Positions 26,353 to 40,094 of a DNA stretch of 64,000 nucleotides are shown here, in pieces. Position 1 is the stretch's first letter; every line of letters begins with the position of its first letter. The DNA comes from Octopus sinensis. Taxonomy: Eukaryota. The translations under genes were made by a program, and so were the position numbers. Location: NCBI RefSeq assembly GCF_006345805.1, contig NC_043009.1, positions 23,808,001 to 23,872,000 of the forward strand, read 5' to 3'. The notes under the pieces were generated by a model. The model searched no databases. It saw only the letters and a list, made by a program, of their open reading frames with translations, and was not told the DNA's origin.

Positions 26353-27045
26353 ACTAGGTTTGTCAAAGTACCACTCGTCGCTATTCGCAAACTCATCTCT
26401 GACATTTCCTCACTACTTCAGGTCTTCTTCAGGTCTCAAAGAAGCAGGCAATTCTAGATGAATGAGGGAGTGACAGGCCAATCGGGTAATTAAACAGTCG
26501 ACTAGTTAATTCGTTAAATAATTAACCAATTGATTAATAAATAATAAAAGAAAGGAAATAAAACCAAAGCGTATGTTTACTATTGGCATAATAACACTCC
26601 CGAGATATATCATATTATCTTTCATACACAAGTTTCACATCAAGAATCTTACAAATTAAATACAAGAGCGAAAAACAATGGACTATCAACCATCAAGTAC
26701 TAACTTTGATATCCGGTACGTTATCCATTCGCTCACCAGCCGGATATTATTTGCGAGTGTAAAATTGTTTTATACTTTTATATAAGTATATTTAAAAAAA
26801 ACTTCGACAGCTTTTAAGTGAAAGAGGTAGGTGCGTAGCGGAAGAACAAAGTGGCTGTTGACACAATGAAATACTTCAATAACAGCTACAACAAGAACAA
26901 GAACAACAACAACAACAACAATAACAAAAACAACAACAACAGCAGCAGCAACTACAATACCAAACACAGCAGCAGCAATGAATATCATTTTTCAAGGCCG
27001 GCTCGACAATAGTAATGATCTTTGCTGTTATTGCTGCTGCTGCTG

Positions 27046-27092
<47 letters not shown>

Positions 27093-27093
27093 G

Positions 27094-27149
<56 letters not shown>

Positions 27150-27201
27150 ACTACTAAACTGTGGGCATTTATCTCTATCTGCAGATATCATGTGTCTGAA
27201 C

Positions 27202-27242
<41 letters not shown>

Positions 27243-27989
27243 CACACACGCACATGAAATATACAGTGGGTGAATATAGTCAGGGTCCAGTTTAAAATAC
27301 CTGTAGCTTCGTAACTAAACACGAGAGAATTCATCTGTAAAAACTCACACACGCATAAACATACATATATATATATATATATATACTTACAAACACACGC
27401 ATACACACACAAGCACGCACACACACACACACACACAAACACACACAAACACGCACATTTATAGTTATCAATTTGTCTTGCCAGATTCCTGATGTGAAAT
27501 CGTGTGTTGAAACCGATATTGCTGTATCTTAGCACGGTCATGTTTTTTTTCCAAATAAACACACGCACTGTATATATATTTTCTTCACTCATTATTGTTA
27601 TTTTTTTTTCAACTCATGTCCATTGTCCGAAATCTTTCATCTTACATCAGTGACCTATTTCGTTTTCATGTATTTTCTTACTCCACTTCATTCTGTTCTA
27701 AGGTGTGTATCCTTATGTGCGCATCCGTTTGTGTTCACACACACACACGCACACACACACATACAAACGCACGCACGCACACACACACATACACACAAAG
27801 ACCACCCCGAAATACAACAATCTATATTTATATACATATGTCTATATTATTCATACACACACGTACACACACACACACACACACACACATACACACACAC
27901 ACAAACATATATATATATAGTATCTAGGTCTTTCTGATTAGCATCAGAAAGTTCTTTGACTATTTGTACTACTTTTGTGTCGGGCATAG

Positions 27990-30894
27990 CTATATACATA
28001 TATCCCCGTGGACGCCTGCCCCTGGCCAGATCCTAGCAGTGGATCTTTTCGCGGGCGCTTTGTCAGCGTGCATTGGAGCGGTTCAACTTCTCCAGGCGCC
28101 AACGCCGCCTCAACATCTCCCGGCTGAGCTCTTGGCTCTTCGTTCCCTCCAACGGCGCGCTTGACATTATCATCAAACGGCGTGACAAGGGTGGAGCTGT
28201 AGTGTGTGTGGCGCGCGGACCTCTATAGGCGAGGCTTTCCGCCAACCTCAATGACACCTCCTTCTATTCCCCTCTGCCCTCTAACCCCACACGTAGCTAC
28301 CAACAGACGGTATCCTCTACTGTCCAAGACCTCATCTCGTCCTCCCGTCTCCCCCGCACCGCATCCAACCTAATTGTGCGAACCCCACGTACCCCCACCA
28401 TTTACTTCCTCCCAAAATCCACAAACCCAACAACCTGGCCGCCCCATCGTCTCCGCCTGTAACTGCCCCACGGAGCTCATCTCTAAATACCTCGACCGTG
28501 TCCTTGCCCCCTAGTGGCATCTCTTTCCCTCCCACATCCACGATACCAAACCATGCTCTCCGGCTTTTAACTCTTTCTCCTTTCCTCCCGGCTCCTCCAA
28601 AATCCTTTTACTATGGACATCCAAAGCCTCTATACTGTTATCCCTCACCACGAAGGACTGCAGGCCCTTCGACCACTTTCTTGACCTCCGCTCTAACCCT
28701 GTACCTGACACCTCCACACTCATTCGTCTGGCCGAACTTGTCCTTACTCTGAACTGCTTCTCGTTCGCGGGTGAGTTCTACCATCAGGTTCGGGAGTGGG
28801 CCATGGGAACGCGAATGGGCCCCAACTATGCGAACCTGTTCGTTGGCTTGTTGAGGCCCAAAATTCTCTACTTTCACTGGTCCCACTCCTGAACTATATG
28901 GTCGTTATATTGACGACATTATCGGTGCCACCCTCACTCTCCCGCGAACATCTAGATTCCTTCCTCTCTTTCGTCCAATCTTTCCATCCAGCCCTCCACT
29001 TCACTTCACTATCTCCAACACCTCTGTCTCCTTCCTCGACATTTCGGTTAGCATTCTTGACTCACTCTACCACCTCCATTCACTACAAACACACAGACTC
29101 ACACTCATTACCTCAACTTCTTTCCTCCCACCCAGAACCACCAAGCTTTCCATCCCCTATTCCCAATTCCTCCGTCTACGTAGGCTCTGTAGTGACGACC
29201 ATGACTTTGAGACTCAGTCTCAACGTATGGCTCACCACTTCACCCTACGTGGATACCCCTCACCACTATCCACACCGCCCTTGCCAGAGCACGGTCCGTG
29301 GACCGTGTATCTGCTCTCTCTCCCCGAACCCGCCCTGTAGTCTCCCGCCTCCCTTTTCCCCTCACTTACCACCCCACGACCCTACGTCTCCAACGCACCA
29401 TTCTTCGAGCTTTCCGTCGTCTCCAGTCCGACCCGTCCACTTCACACCTCTTCCCTAACCGACCCCTCCCCCTCTTCAAACGAGCCCACAACCTTCGAGA
29501 CCTTTTGGTCCATAGCTCCTTCCCTGACCCTACCTCCCAACCCGGCTCGTCCCCTGCTCCCGCCCACGTTGCCGCACTTGCCCTTACCTCTCCAACACCA
29601 CCCGCCTCACTAGCACCCACCATCGACCCTATCCCATCATCCACTCATTCACCTGCACCTCCAGCAATATTATCTTGCATCTCTTGCTCTCTCTGCAATT
29701 CCTTGTACATCGGACAAACGGGACGCCGCTTGGCTGACCGGTTCGCGGAACACCTTCGTGACATCCACCTGCGACACGACACCGGTCTCACGCCATTTCC
29801 GCTCCACCGGTCACCTCCTTGCAACACCTATCTGTGTTCGGTTTGTCCTTACACAGAGGCCATCCGGATTCCCGTTTGCGCCGCGTGAACAGGAATTAAT
29901 CTTCTCTCTTCGCTCTTATACGCCATTTGGTCTCAACTCTCCCCCCTCCTCATCTAACCCCCTCTCCCCCTCCTCACCTATCCTTTCTCCCCCGACCCCA
30001 CTCTTATCCTTCATCCTTTCACCCCTAACTCCCCTTCCTTCTTCCCTCTTTCCTCCTCCTCTTCCTCTTCCCTCTGCTCCCTCACTCCCTCTCTCCCCTT
30101 CTCTCTCACCCTCTCCCTCTTTCCTCCTTCATCCCTCTCCTCCCCTTCTCTCCCCATCCTCTCCTCTTCACTCCCCTCCCCCTCTCTTCCCCTCCCCTTC
30201 TCCCCCCTATTCCCCTCCCCCTCTTCTCCTCAATACACCACATGACTTACACATCACATCACATATGATGTGCCATACTAATACACACACCAACTAATAC
30301 ATACTAATACGTACTAATACATACTAGTACATACTAATACTTACACCAACCCTATACATACACACGTCCAGACCCCGCATACGACGCACTATACTCTCTC
30401 ACACACACACACACACACCTATACATACCAATACGTACTAATACATATAATACATACTAATACATACACCAACCCCATACATACGCACGTCCAGACCAAT
30501 CCCACGCACTGATACTCTCTCAAACACACACAAACACAACACACACCCTTATACATACTAATACATACACCAACCTATACATACACATCCAGACCCCTCC
30601 CACGCACTTTTAGCTGGTCCCTCAACCCTATATCTCCCCTTATTTCGCTCTCGCGTTCATGTTTGATCTTGACCTCTGGCCGAAATCAGATCGCCATGTT
30701 GATTCGTTAGCTACTGCACGCATTTTTTCTCTCCTTCTTCGTGTTTTCTCCTTCTGTGTATCTTCTGTTGAAGAGCGTAGGCTCGAAACGTTAAAGACTT
30801 GTTTTATTTATATTTCCTGAGCGCCATACTAATACAATTGTTCGTTTGTTTTCCCACCTGCCTTCGTCTTTTGTTTATTTTCATAAAGCTTCCC

Positions 30895-30895
<1 letters not shown>
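27990..30895 (+). mobile_element. Second Penelope-like element (GC-rich family): frameshifted RT + GIY-YIG and 3' pseudo-LTR
   Basis: IIIKRRDKGGAVV; YFLPKIHKP; MDIQSLYTVIPH; MGTRMGPNYANLFVG; RYIDD; CISCSLCNSLYIGQTGRRLADRFAEH. A hammerhead-like motif lies at 30761-30797. Confidence 0.93.
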
Positions 30896-30947
<52 letters not shown>

Positions 30948-31187
30948 TTCGAAACGTAGAGTAGATGAAACCATAGCGATGAAGAAGGGTTTTTTTCTTT
31001 GTGTTAATTGTCCTGTACTCTATTTTTTGTTTAAAAAAATGTCCAGTTCCTTGGGTTTGTGTCTATGTTTTCGTTTCTCATTGTGTTCGACGTCTTTTTG
31101 GTGTCCTGTACTCATAGATGCGTGTATATGTACATGTGGAGGTAGGTACGTACATATATGTTTATATATATGCATATGTTTTATTTA

Positions 31188-31218
<31 letters not shown>

Positions 31219-31294
31219 CTAGATATTCATATATAAATATAAATATAAATTTCGTTTTTGTCTCTCCCCAGACACAATATAAATATAAATATAT

Positions 31295-31611
31295 AAGGGT
31301 AAAGGCCCCCTTCGGTCATGAATGACCATGGGATTGCACCTAGAAAGTTACCCTCCTAGACACAAGTCCGGGCAAGGTTGTTTATGGAAGACCAGCCTCC
31401 CCTCTCCACGCCACTAGTGTTATCCAAAGGAAAGACAAAGGTCGATACAGCTTGGCACCTGTGACGTCGCAGCTCATTTCTACAGCTGAGTGAACTGGAG
31501 CTACGTGAAAATAAAGTGCTTTGCTCAAGAACACAACACGCAGCCCGGACCGGGATTAGAGCTCACAACCTCACGATCGTAAGCTCGACGCTCAACCACT
31601 GAGCATGCGCC
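31295..31611 (-). mobile_element. tRNA(Arg)-like SINE family C
   Basis: The minus strand begins ggcgcatgctcagtggttgagcgtcgagcttacgatc (ACG anticodon-like loop). A second copy lies at 38608. Confidence 0.88.
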
Positions 31612-31654
31612 TATATATAGATATAGATATAGCCCATGCCATATATATATATAT

Positions 31655-31739
<85 letters not shown>

Positions 31740-31758
31740 TATATATATATATATATAT

Positions 31759-31829
<71 letters not shown>

Positions 31830-31849
31830 ATATATATATACAGATATAT

Positions 31850-31996
31850 TTGAACAAAACTGTCCGACGAACGGGAACGTGAAACTCCAAGTAACACTTT
31901 TGTTGAATTTCTGCTGCTTTTAAATAAAGCATACTCTACCCCTGGTATTTGAGTACTCCTTTTCCCACCTTGTTTCACTTTTATGTGGTTACTCCA

Positions 31997-32000
<4 letters not shown>
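31850..32000 (+). repeat. PLE pseudo-LTR with a degenerate hammerhead (31861-31896)
   Basis: tgt-ccgacga-acg ggaa cgt-gaa-actccaagt-a-aca. Confidence 0.5.
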
Positions 32001-32036
<36 letters not shown>

Positions 32037-32129
32037 GAGTACACATACACACACACTCACGCACACACATATATGTATATGGAGCACATTGTCATAAAGA
32101 TACTAATTGTGTTTCTTGAAGATAATTAC

Positions 32130-32934
32130 CGAAGTAGTTGGGGAGCATCATAGTCATGTGTTGAGAGGAAGTCTTTGGAATTCGGATAATTCACCTTTGG
32201 AAACATGGGTGTTTCGTTAAACTTCCTTAAACAACCCTTATTCAGGGACCTTTTGGGCAATATAGGCTACTCGACTTGAAGAAAATTCTAACTCTTCCCC
32301 ACCTGCAAGGTCATGTGCTGTTTATCTTGGTATGAGATCACCATGTCGCGCACATATGGTTGTGATGCATGTGCCTGGTGTACCCTTATCAGACAGGTAG
32401 TCATGATGGGTATACTAGGCTTCGTATATTTGACCCCAGTGTCGCTTTGATGGCATGAACTGCTCTCTCATTCAATAATAATAATAATAATTATGATGAT
32501 GATAATGATAATGATGATGACGACAATAATAATCAGTTGAGTATTTCTCTTGGGGGCTGACAATATGTACATATCCGATCATAAGCAGAAGTATTGGAAG
32601 AGTATCATAGCCATGTATTGAGAGCAATTCTTTGGGATTTGAATAATTCACCCGTGGAAACATGGGTGTTTCATTCATCATCCTTAAACAAGCTTTATTG
32701 AAGGACCTTTTCAGCAAGATAGGCTACTCGACCCGAAAGAAATTCTAACTGGGTCCCACCTGCAAGGAAATGTGCTGTTTAGCGCGATACGAAATCATCA
32801 TGTCACGAATGTATGGTTGTGATGCATGTGCCTGGTGTATCCTTAGCAGACGAGTAGTCATGATGGTTATATTGGACTTCGTGTACTTGTGCCCCAGTGT
32901 CACTTCGATGGCATTCATTGCTCTCTCACTCAAT
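32130..32934 (+). mobile_element. Two successive copies (32130-32474, 32550-32934) of an abundant ~500-bp retro-repeat (family F) with (TAA)n tails
   Basis: Both end ...ctgctctctca(c/t)tcaataa and match reverse copies at 55192-55520 and 61006-61500. Confidence 0.85.
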
Positions 32935-33039
32935 AACAAAATAAGCATTAAATACAGGGAATATCATTAAAGTAATAATGACTTGGGCTACGCAGCATTC
33001 AGTTACTCTTCTCCCTTTCTGAAATGAACTTGAGAGGTG

Positions 33040-33330
33040 CTACAGAACCTGGCTAGAAGAACTAGAAAGCTGCTTACAATGCACAACGCACACTGCCCTA
33101 AAAGTAATAATTCCGCCAGCCCCTATCTGTTAAAAACGGAATGAGGCAGAGGATTGCTGAATGCAGAAGACAGTGTTAGAACTGCGATATGGTGATTGAA
33201 AAAAATCATATGCATAATAAACAAAGAATATTACCGGCAACTACAGATGTCTAAGAATAGTTGAAACAGTAGAATTCAAAGTAAGAAGGGAGAGCAAATG
33301 GAAAGAATGGAATTACATGACTAATTCATG
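33040..33330 (+). mobile_element. R4/Dong-like LINE fragment
   Basis: LTMHNAHCPKS...RGLLNAEDSVRTA matches the MHxAxHPKS..LYLxRxxGGRGL motif; a long (TAA/TAG/TGA)n array follows at 33395-33680. Confidence 0.6.
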
Positions 33331-33425
33331 CAACAAACCGAGTATGTTGAGATAAGAACAAAGAACGAGAGAGAAAAATTAGCGTGTACTAAAGAATAAT
33401 AATAATAATGATGATGATGATGATG

Positions 33426-33476
<51 letters not shown>

Positions 33477-33538
33477 GTAGTAGTAGCAGTAGTAGAGGCG
33501 GCAGCAGCAGTAGTAGTAGTAGCAGTAGTAGTAGTAGC

Positions 33539-33682
<144 letters not shown>

Positions 33683-34030
33683 TCCTGATGACGTACCAGG
33701 CAGCGGCTCTCATAGCTCTTGATCTGAACTAATGTACATTGTTTTCGGAATCTGGAAATTTTGGAGGAGGGGGCACTATTCTTAGCACTGGGCTATAACA
33801 ATAATCTGAAATGTTTCCTTTTTAGATAAGGTGTTGTGCATGTGTACCTGCTTACATGCATGTTTATTTGTGTAATCTATGTATGTGCATAACAGATGCA
33901 CATACATACATACATACATACATACATACATACATACAGACAGACAGACAAATAGACAGACACACATGCACACATACACACACACATATATATATTTATT
34001 TATTTATGTATATGTATATATATATATATG

Positions 34031-34109
<79 letters not shown>

Positions 34110-34642
34110 ACATATAGGTACAGGCGTGGCTCTGTGGTAAGAAGCTTGCTTCCAACCACATGGTTCCGTGTTAAGTCCCACTGTGGGGCACCTTGTGCTA
34201 ATCTCTTCTTTTATAACATTGGGCAGACCAAAACATTGTAAGTAGATTCGGTAGCAGGAAACTCAAAGAAGCCCATCGTATGTATGTATATATATATATA
34301 TATATATGAAAATAATAATGCAATACGAAAGTATTGCTTTCCAGTAAAAGATAGCCCGTAAGCAACATATGAAATTTTGTCTAGAAGACAAATCAAATCT
34401 ACGTTGTCAAACGTATTTGAAGAGTCTGAAACCGGTACTGCATTATCCAATTCTAGGTTTTCCATTTTTCAGATGTACTTCCTAGAGGTTAGACAAATTT
34501 TTTTCATGTTTGTTGCACACACGCGTCTTTGCTAGTATATACGCAGTGAAGCTATACAATAGCGTCGTATTTATTACGATTGGTATTTTCCAGTAAATAT
34601 CGGTGCCTCGTTGTACCATTTATTTACTTTTATATATATAAT

Positions 34643-34681
<39 letters not shown>

Positions 34682-34685
<4 letters not shown>

Positions 34686-34875
34686 GGTCCCGGGTTGAGT
34701 CGGGGTTAACCACAGTAAATAAGGTACTCAATACATAGCAGAAGGTAAATAATTTATTTTATAGAAGGAGCTTCTACAGGACTAGAAACTGTTTCATTCA
34801 AAAGAAATCAGGAAGCTTCCTGATGATTCTTTGAATGAAAACAGTTCTAGTCTGTAGAAGCTCCTTCTATAAAAT

Positions 34876-34878
<3 letters not shown>
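34682..34878. repeat. PLE pseudo-LTR remnant forming a near-perfect loopless hairpin (34753-34878)
   Basis: Symmetry centre ggaag|cttcc at 34815/34816; arms of about 63 bp; the right arm has ctgatga...gaaa. Confidence 0.85.
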
Positions 34879-34933
<55 letters not shown>

Positions 34934-35104
34934 CATATATTATATACACATACATATATATATACATATACACACACACACATACACACACATACACACA
35001 CACACACACACACATATATATATCAGCAAAAATGCTAGTTTTAACATCCCTCTAGAGATCAACGCAATTGTTGTACTAACAAGTAATATTCAAAGCTACT
35101 TTAA

Positions 35105-35325
35105 TATCCCTAGCAGACGAGGTGTCCAGTACTGAGTAGTGGCAAAAATAACCCGAAACCAGGACTGTTCTACTGGTCCCGTCGCTTGGAGATAGTAGGC
35201 GTTCGTTCCTCTGTTCGGATGCAGCTGTGCATCGTTAACCAGCTAGAAGAGCTGTCCTCTTGGAGTTAAAAAATCGCAGTAGAATCCGCTCGAACAGACA
35301 ACCATGTTAAAGTGTCTACGAATAT
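35105..35325 (+). repeat. Third copy of the ~240-bp hammerhead-like repeat
   Basis: aggtgtccagtactgagtagtggc...cccgaaacc...gcatcg..ctagaagagctgtcctct parallels 3259-3495. Confidence 0.7.
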
Positions 35326-35696
35326 AACTTATATATATATATATATAATATATATATATATATATAGATATATATATATTATATATATATATATATAGAT
35401 ATATATATATATATAATATATATATATATATTATATATATATATATATATGTGGTGTGTGTGTGTGTGTGTATTAGTCATGTGTGTCTGTGTTCGTTCCT
35501 CCCTCTCGCTTGACAACCGGTGTTAGGGGTTTACGTTCCTGTAATCTAGCAGTTCGGCAAAATAAACCGATAAAATCAGTAATAAGGATTATAAAAAGTA
35601 CTGTGGCCGATACATTCGACTAAAATTATTCAAGGCAGTGCCCCAGCATGGCTGACTGAAACAGATGAACCGTATACACACACACACACATGTATA

Positions 35697-36256
35697 CAGG
35701 GTGGCCCCAAAATAGGTTTACGGTTATTCAACTATCTCTTTCACTTTCATATATTAGCAGTTTAGATCTCATTTATAAAAAAAATATGAAACCATTATTC
35801 AGCTAGATGGAGCACCTCTTCATTATGCGTTGACTTTAAGAGACTACCTTAACCAAGCCTTTCCACAGCGTTGGTTTGGAAGACAGGTCAGCATCGAATG
35901 ACCACCACGTTCACCTGACCTGACACCAATGGATTTCTTTTTTTGGTGTTTTGTAAAGAACAAGGTTTATGGGAGGAATCCCAAAACTGTAAATGAATTA
36001 AAGGATTATATTTCTGACGCATTCACTGGAATTGATGGAGATCGGAATTTGTGTCGCACTGTGTGTCAGAGTGTTCTGAAGAGGTTTGAAGAATGTTGCA
36101 ATGTTGAAGGAGGGCATTTTGAGCATCTGAGAGTTTAAACATTGTCTCTTTAAGATGTGCGTAAACAATATGATTGTAAGATAGAAATTTAAATGTAATT
36201 AAATGTTTTAAAAGAAATTTAAAGTGCCTTCGTAAACCTACTTTTGGGCCAAGCTG
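35697..36256 (+). mobile_element. Internally deleted Tc1/mariner-superfamily element (rosa/DD41D-like)
   Basis: TA-flanked TIRs cagggtggccccaaaataggtttacg / cgtaaacctacttttgggccaagctg; remnant DGAPLHY...PPRSPDLTPMDFFFW. Confidence 0.88.
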
Positions 36257-36313
36257 TATACACACACACATACACAGACACAGACACAGACACACACACA
36301 CACACACACACAC

Positions 36314-36359
<46 letters not shown>

Positions 36360-36607
36360 ACACACACACACAAATATATATATACATGCGACGCAATCGG
36401 TCAGCGCGTTGGGGTGTTAACGATGTGTGATATCCTTTTTAGACGCAGGCATAGCTGTGTGGTAAGAAACTTGTTTCCTAACCACATGGTTCTAGATTCG
36501 GCCCCATTGTGTGTCACCTTGAGCAAGTATCTTCTTCTATAGCCTCGGGCCGACCAAATAGTTATGAGTGAATTTGGTACATGGAAACAGAAAGAAGCCC
36601 GTCGAAT

Positions 36608-37214
36608 ACAGAGAAAGCTGAGCAGAGAATCTGCATCAAAAGCTTGGCGATACCTCTTCAGAGGTTTAGGCAAAGTTTTCAAAAAGTTTTCATCGTTCTC
36701 GACACAATCAAGGAGATCTTGTGCAACTGAAACCCGAGTGTCGTTTTGTTCAGCAGAAAGCAGTTTTGGCACAAACTTGTTAGACACGCATCTCATACCC
36801 AAATCTTCAGTGATATAGACTGAACTGAACCATAAATAATCTGCACATCTTCTTGCAGGTCTCCTAGAACGTTCGGCAATATCGACATTTTTTCGGCCAT
36901 CTTGGAAACGTCTGAACCCCCGGTACACTTTTGTGCAGCTCATACTTTCCTCTCCATACACTTTCTGCAACTTTCTATAGGCATCTGAGCAGGTATTGCC
37001 ATGACAACTTTCTTTGTCATGGTCAATGCGACGATCACACGCTACACACGTTTCTTCCAAGCACTGCTGTAAACAGCACAAGTGCGCTAGAGCGTTAAAA
37101 CTTATTGGACTTGCACAACAGTGTTCAAGGTCAATCTGTGCCAAGTGCTTTTACTCTACGTGTTTTAGCTTCGCTACGATAGCAACAATCCGGATACTTA
37201 CTGATCAGACCTCG
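36608..37214 (-). mobile_element. Second copy of the two-left-end mariner derivative
   Basis: Minus-strand transposase GNTCSDAYRKLQKVYGEESMS...EDLGMRCVSNKFVPKLLSAEQ...ENFLKT, then an inverted KAEQRICIK piece; TIR at 37185-37214. Confidence 0.88.
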
Positions 37215-37223
37215 GATATATAT

Positions 37224-38420
37224 CAGGCTGAGTAAAAAGTAAGCAATGTTTTGAAACATGAAATTCATCACAATATATTTCGACAATGCGGAAATTTTAT
37301 TCATCAAAATTCTATTCATCATTACAATCAACACATTTTCCCAACGAGTTACAAGTTTGTTTATTCCGGTAACATAAAAATTTGGAGTTTTGGAGCTGAT
37401 AAACTCTTTGAACGCACTTTCAGCATCGGTTTGATTTTTGAACTTCTCTCGCAGGAAACCATCAAGGTGTTTGAAAAAGTGATAGTCGGTAGGAGAAAGG
37501 CCTGGGAAATAAGCTGGCTTGAAAACTTCGTAGCCAAGTTCTCTCAACATCTGGAGCGTCATTAGTGAAACGTGTGGTCGAGCATTGTCATGAAGAATGA
37601 TTGGCCCTCTTCTGTTGTAGTAGCAGCTTTTCGTTCATTTTGGCAATTTCATGGCAATATGTTTCTGCAGTAATGGTTTTTATGGGTTTTAAGAAGTTAT
37701 AGCGTATGAGTCTAGCAGTACACCACCAAACAATCACCATAACCTTCTTTTTGAAGAGCTCGGATTTAGGGAAGTTTTCAGTGCTTCATTTTGGTCCAAC
37801 TACTACGAAGAACGTTTTTTATAATTGACAGAATCCACTTTTCATTGCAAGTTACAAAACGGTCGAGAAATAGATCGATCTGGTTACTGTGAAGAAGCGA
37901 CGAGCAAATTTCATATCTGCGCATTTTCTAATTTTCATTCAAATCGTGTGGTACTCATGTGTCGAGCTTTTTTGCTTTTCTTATCGCATGCAAAAGGTTG
38001 CAGACAGTTTTCAGGCTAACTTGAAGTTCTTTTGCCAGTTCATGAGTGATTTTACGTGGATCTTCCTCAATGACGGTGTTTAGTTGACCGTCATCGATGG
38101 TAGATGGGCGTCCACTACGCTCACGTTCTTCAAGGCTCAGGTCTCCACTGCGAAATCGTTTAAACCATTCACTGATAATTTCGTCACCAAACGTTTCGTT
38201 AATATCTCGAACAGTTTCAGCTGCTTTACGTCCTTATTTGAAGTTGAATAGCAAAATTGCTCGAATATCGCACTTTGACCGTTCCATTTCAGATGATTGT
38301 AACAACGGTGAAAAAAAATATCAATGCTAATTTATTGATACATTTGGGTAAGTCTATGTCTGTATCATCAGACAGTTGCAAAAATATGTTTAAAAGTATT
38401 CAAAACTCTGTAAAAATCCG
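37224..38420 (-). mobile_element. Decayed mariner transposon
   Basis: PAYFPGLSPTDYHFFKHLDGFL...FYVTGINKLVTRW (a YSPDLAPxDY variant); upstream HDNARPH-like motif; TIR tcaggctgagtaaaaagtaagc. Confidence 0.88.
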
Positions 38421-38514
38421 GTACAAATTCTTCAACACTTATATTATACGTCTTATATAAATATAATATAAAATATAATATAATATAATATAATATAATA
38501 TATATATATATATA

Positions 38515-38596
<82 letters not shown>

Positions 38597-38607
38597 ATTA
38601 TATCTGA

Positions 38608-38925
38608 GAACCCTTCGATCACGACACATGGATTGCACCTAGAAAGTTACCCTCCCAGGCACAAGTCCAGGCAAGGTTGTTTATGGAAGACCAGCAGTCA
38701 CCCATCCATACCAGCCTCCCCTCTCCATACCACCGATGTCAAGGGAAAGGCAAAGGCCAATACAGCTTGGCACCTGTGACGCCGCAACTCATTTCTACAG
38801 CTGAGTGAACTGGAGCAACGTGAAATAAAGTGTCTTGCTCAAGAACACAACACGAAGCCCGGTTCGGGATTCGAGCTCACAACCTCTCGATCGTAAGCTC
38901 AACGCTCTAACCCCTGAGCCATGCC
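38608..38925 (-). mobile_element. SINE family C
   Basis: Near-identical to 31295-31611. Confidence 0.88.
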
Positions 38926-39148
38926 ATATATATATATTATGGTACAATGTGTGTATATAATTCATTATAGGTAGATGTCAAGTACAATAAATATATATGT
39001 ATAACACATTGTGTATGTATGTATTTATATTTGTATACATACACACACACACACACACATAGGCACTCGCACGTGCGCACTATATTTCATAGTTATATGT
39101 GGGTGCTCCAGGTTGGCCGTAGTACTAAAGTTGAAATCAGTTAAGGAA

Positions 39149-39212
<64 letters not shown>

Positions 39213-39351
39213 ATCTGTCTATACATGTGTATGTATACACACACGGACACACACATATATATTTATATATACACACACACACGTATATATACATAAATGC
39301 GTACCTGCACTTGTTCATGAATATGTGTGAGGGTGCGTCTGGGGTGTGTGC

Positions 39352-39390
<39 letters not shown>

Positions 39391-40094
39391 AAACGAAAAA
39401 CACAAAAACCACAATGAAGGGTGCAGCATTGTAATGCCCTTCCACTAATCGCCTGTAGTTCTCTGTTCCGTTACATAAAGAAATGGGGAAATGATTATTG
39501 AGAATAACCATTGTTAATACGATTATCATTGCTCAATGTACCACCGGAATGACAAGTAGATCTTCCGATTTGCCCTTACCCGCCAATAAGCAAATACAAA
39601 ATGTATTACAACAGTAGCTAACAAAAAGAAATATCTAATTCATGAAGAAAATGTGGTTTTATGTACGATATGACCATTTATATTTTAATATACGCAACGT
39701 GTTTACCTCTACTTGGTAGTATTTTCTGCTCAAAATAACAGTCAAATCTAGCTCGAATAGCATCCAACTATTTACTTTTTAGAGAAAGCACTCTGGATAA
39801 TGTAGTCCAAGATACACTTATGACTTAAGCCCTTTGCTCTCTTTTTTGATCTCTTCAATTGGATCACTGTTTTCTCAGCTCTGCCTCAGTGCCTCATCCA
39901 ACACCTTTTAGGGTAACTCTCGTCTGCCTCACTTGTAGGTTCCAGGTTAAGGGCTGACGTGTAATGCATATGTTTCCCTAACGGATTGCTTTTCTTTCCC
40001 ATGTCTTCGTTTTAAAACTTCTGTTACTTTGCTTGTTTTTCTCGGTATATGTGTTGACCCAAAACAAACCCATTTTTGACTTTGGAAGGAGATG

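Noticed and set aside
26395-26445. Minus-strand CTGAAGA...GAAATGTC hammerhead
   Set aside because: Stems I and II do not pair; at best a dead remnant.
34211-34487. 84-aa minus-strand ORF, and a 15-nt plus-strand micro-exon (34473-34487)
   Set aside because: The ORF lacks a GT donor and any family motif; the micro-exon has no partner exons.
39263-39529. ORF MIIVLTMVILNNHFPISLC... as a signal exon
   Set aside because: The hydrophobic core is broken by NNH, there is no suitable donor, and it runs into a microsatellite.
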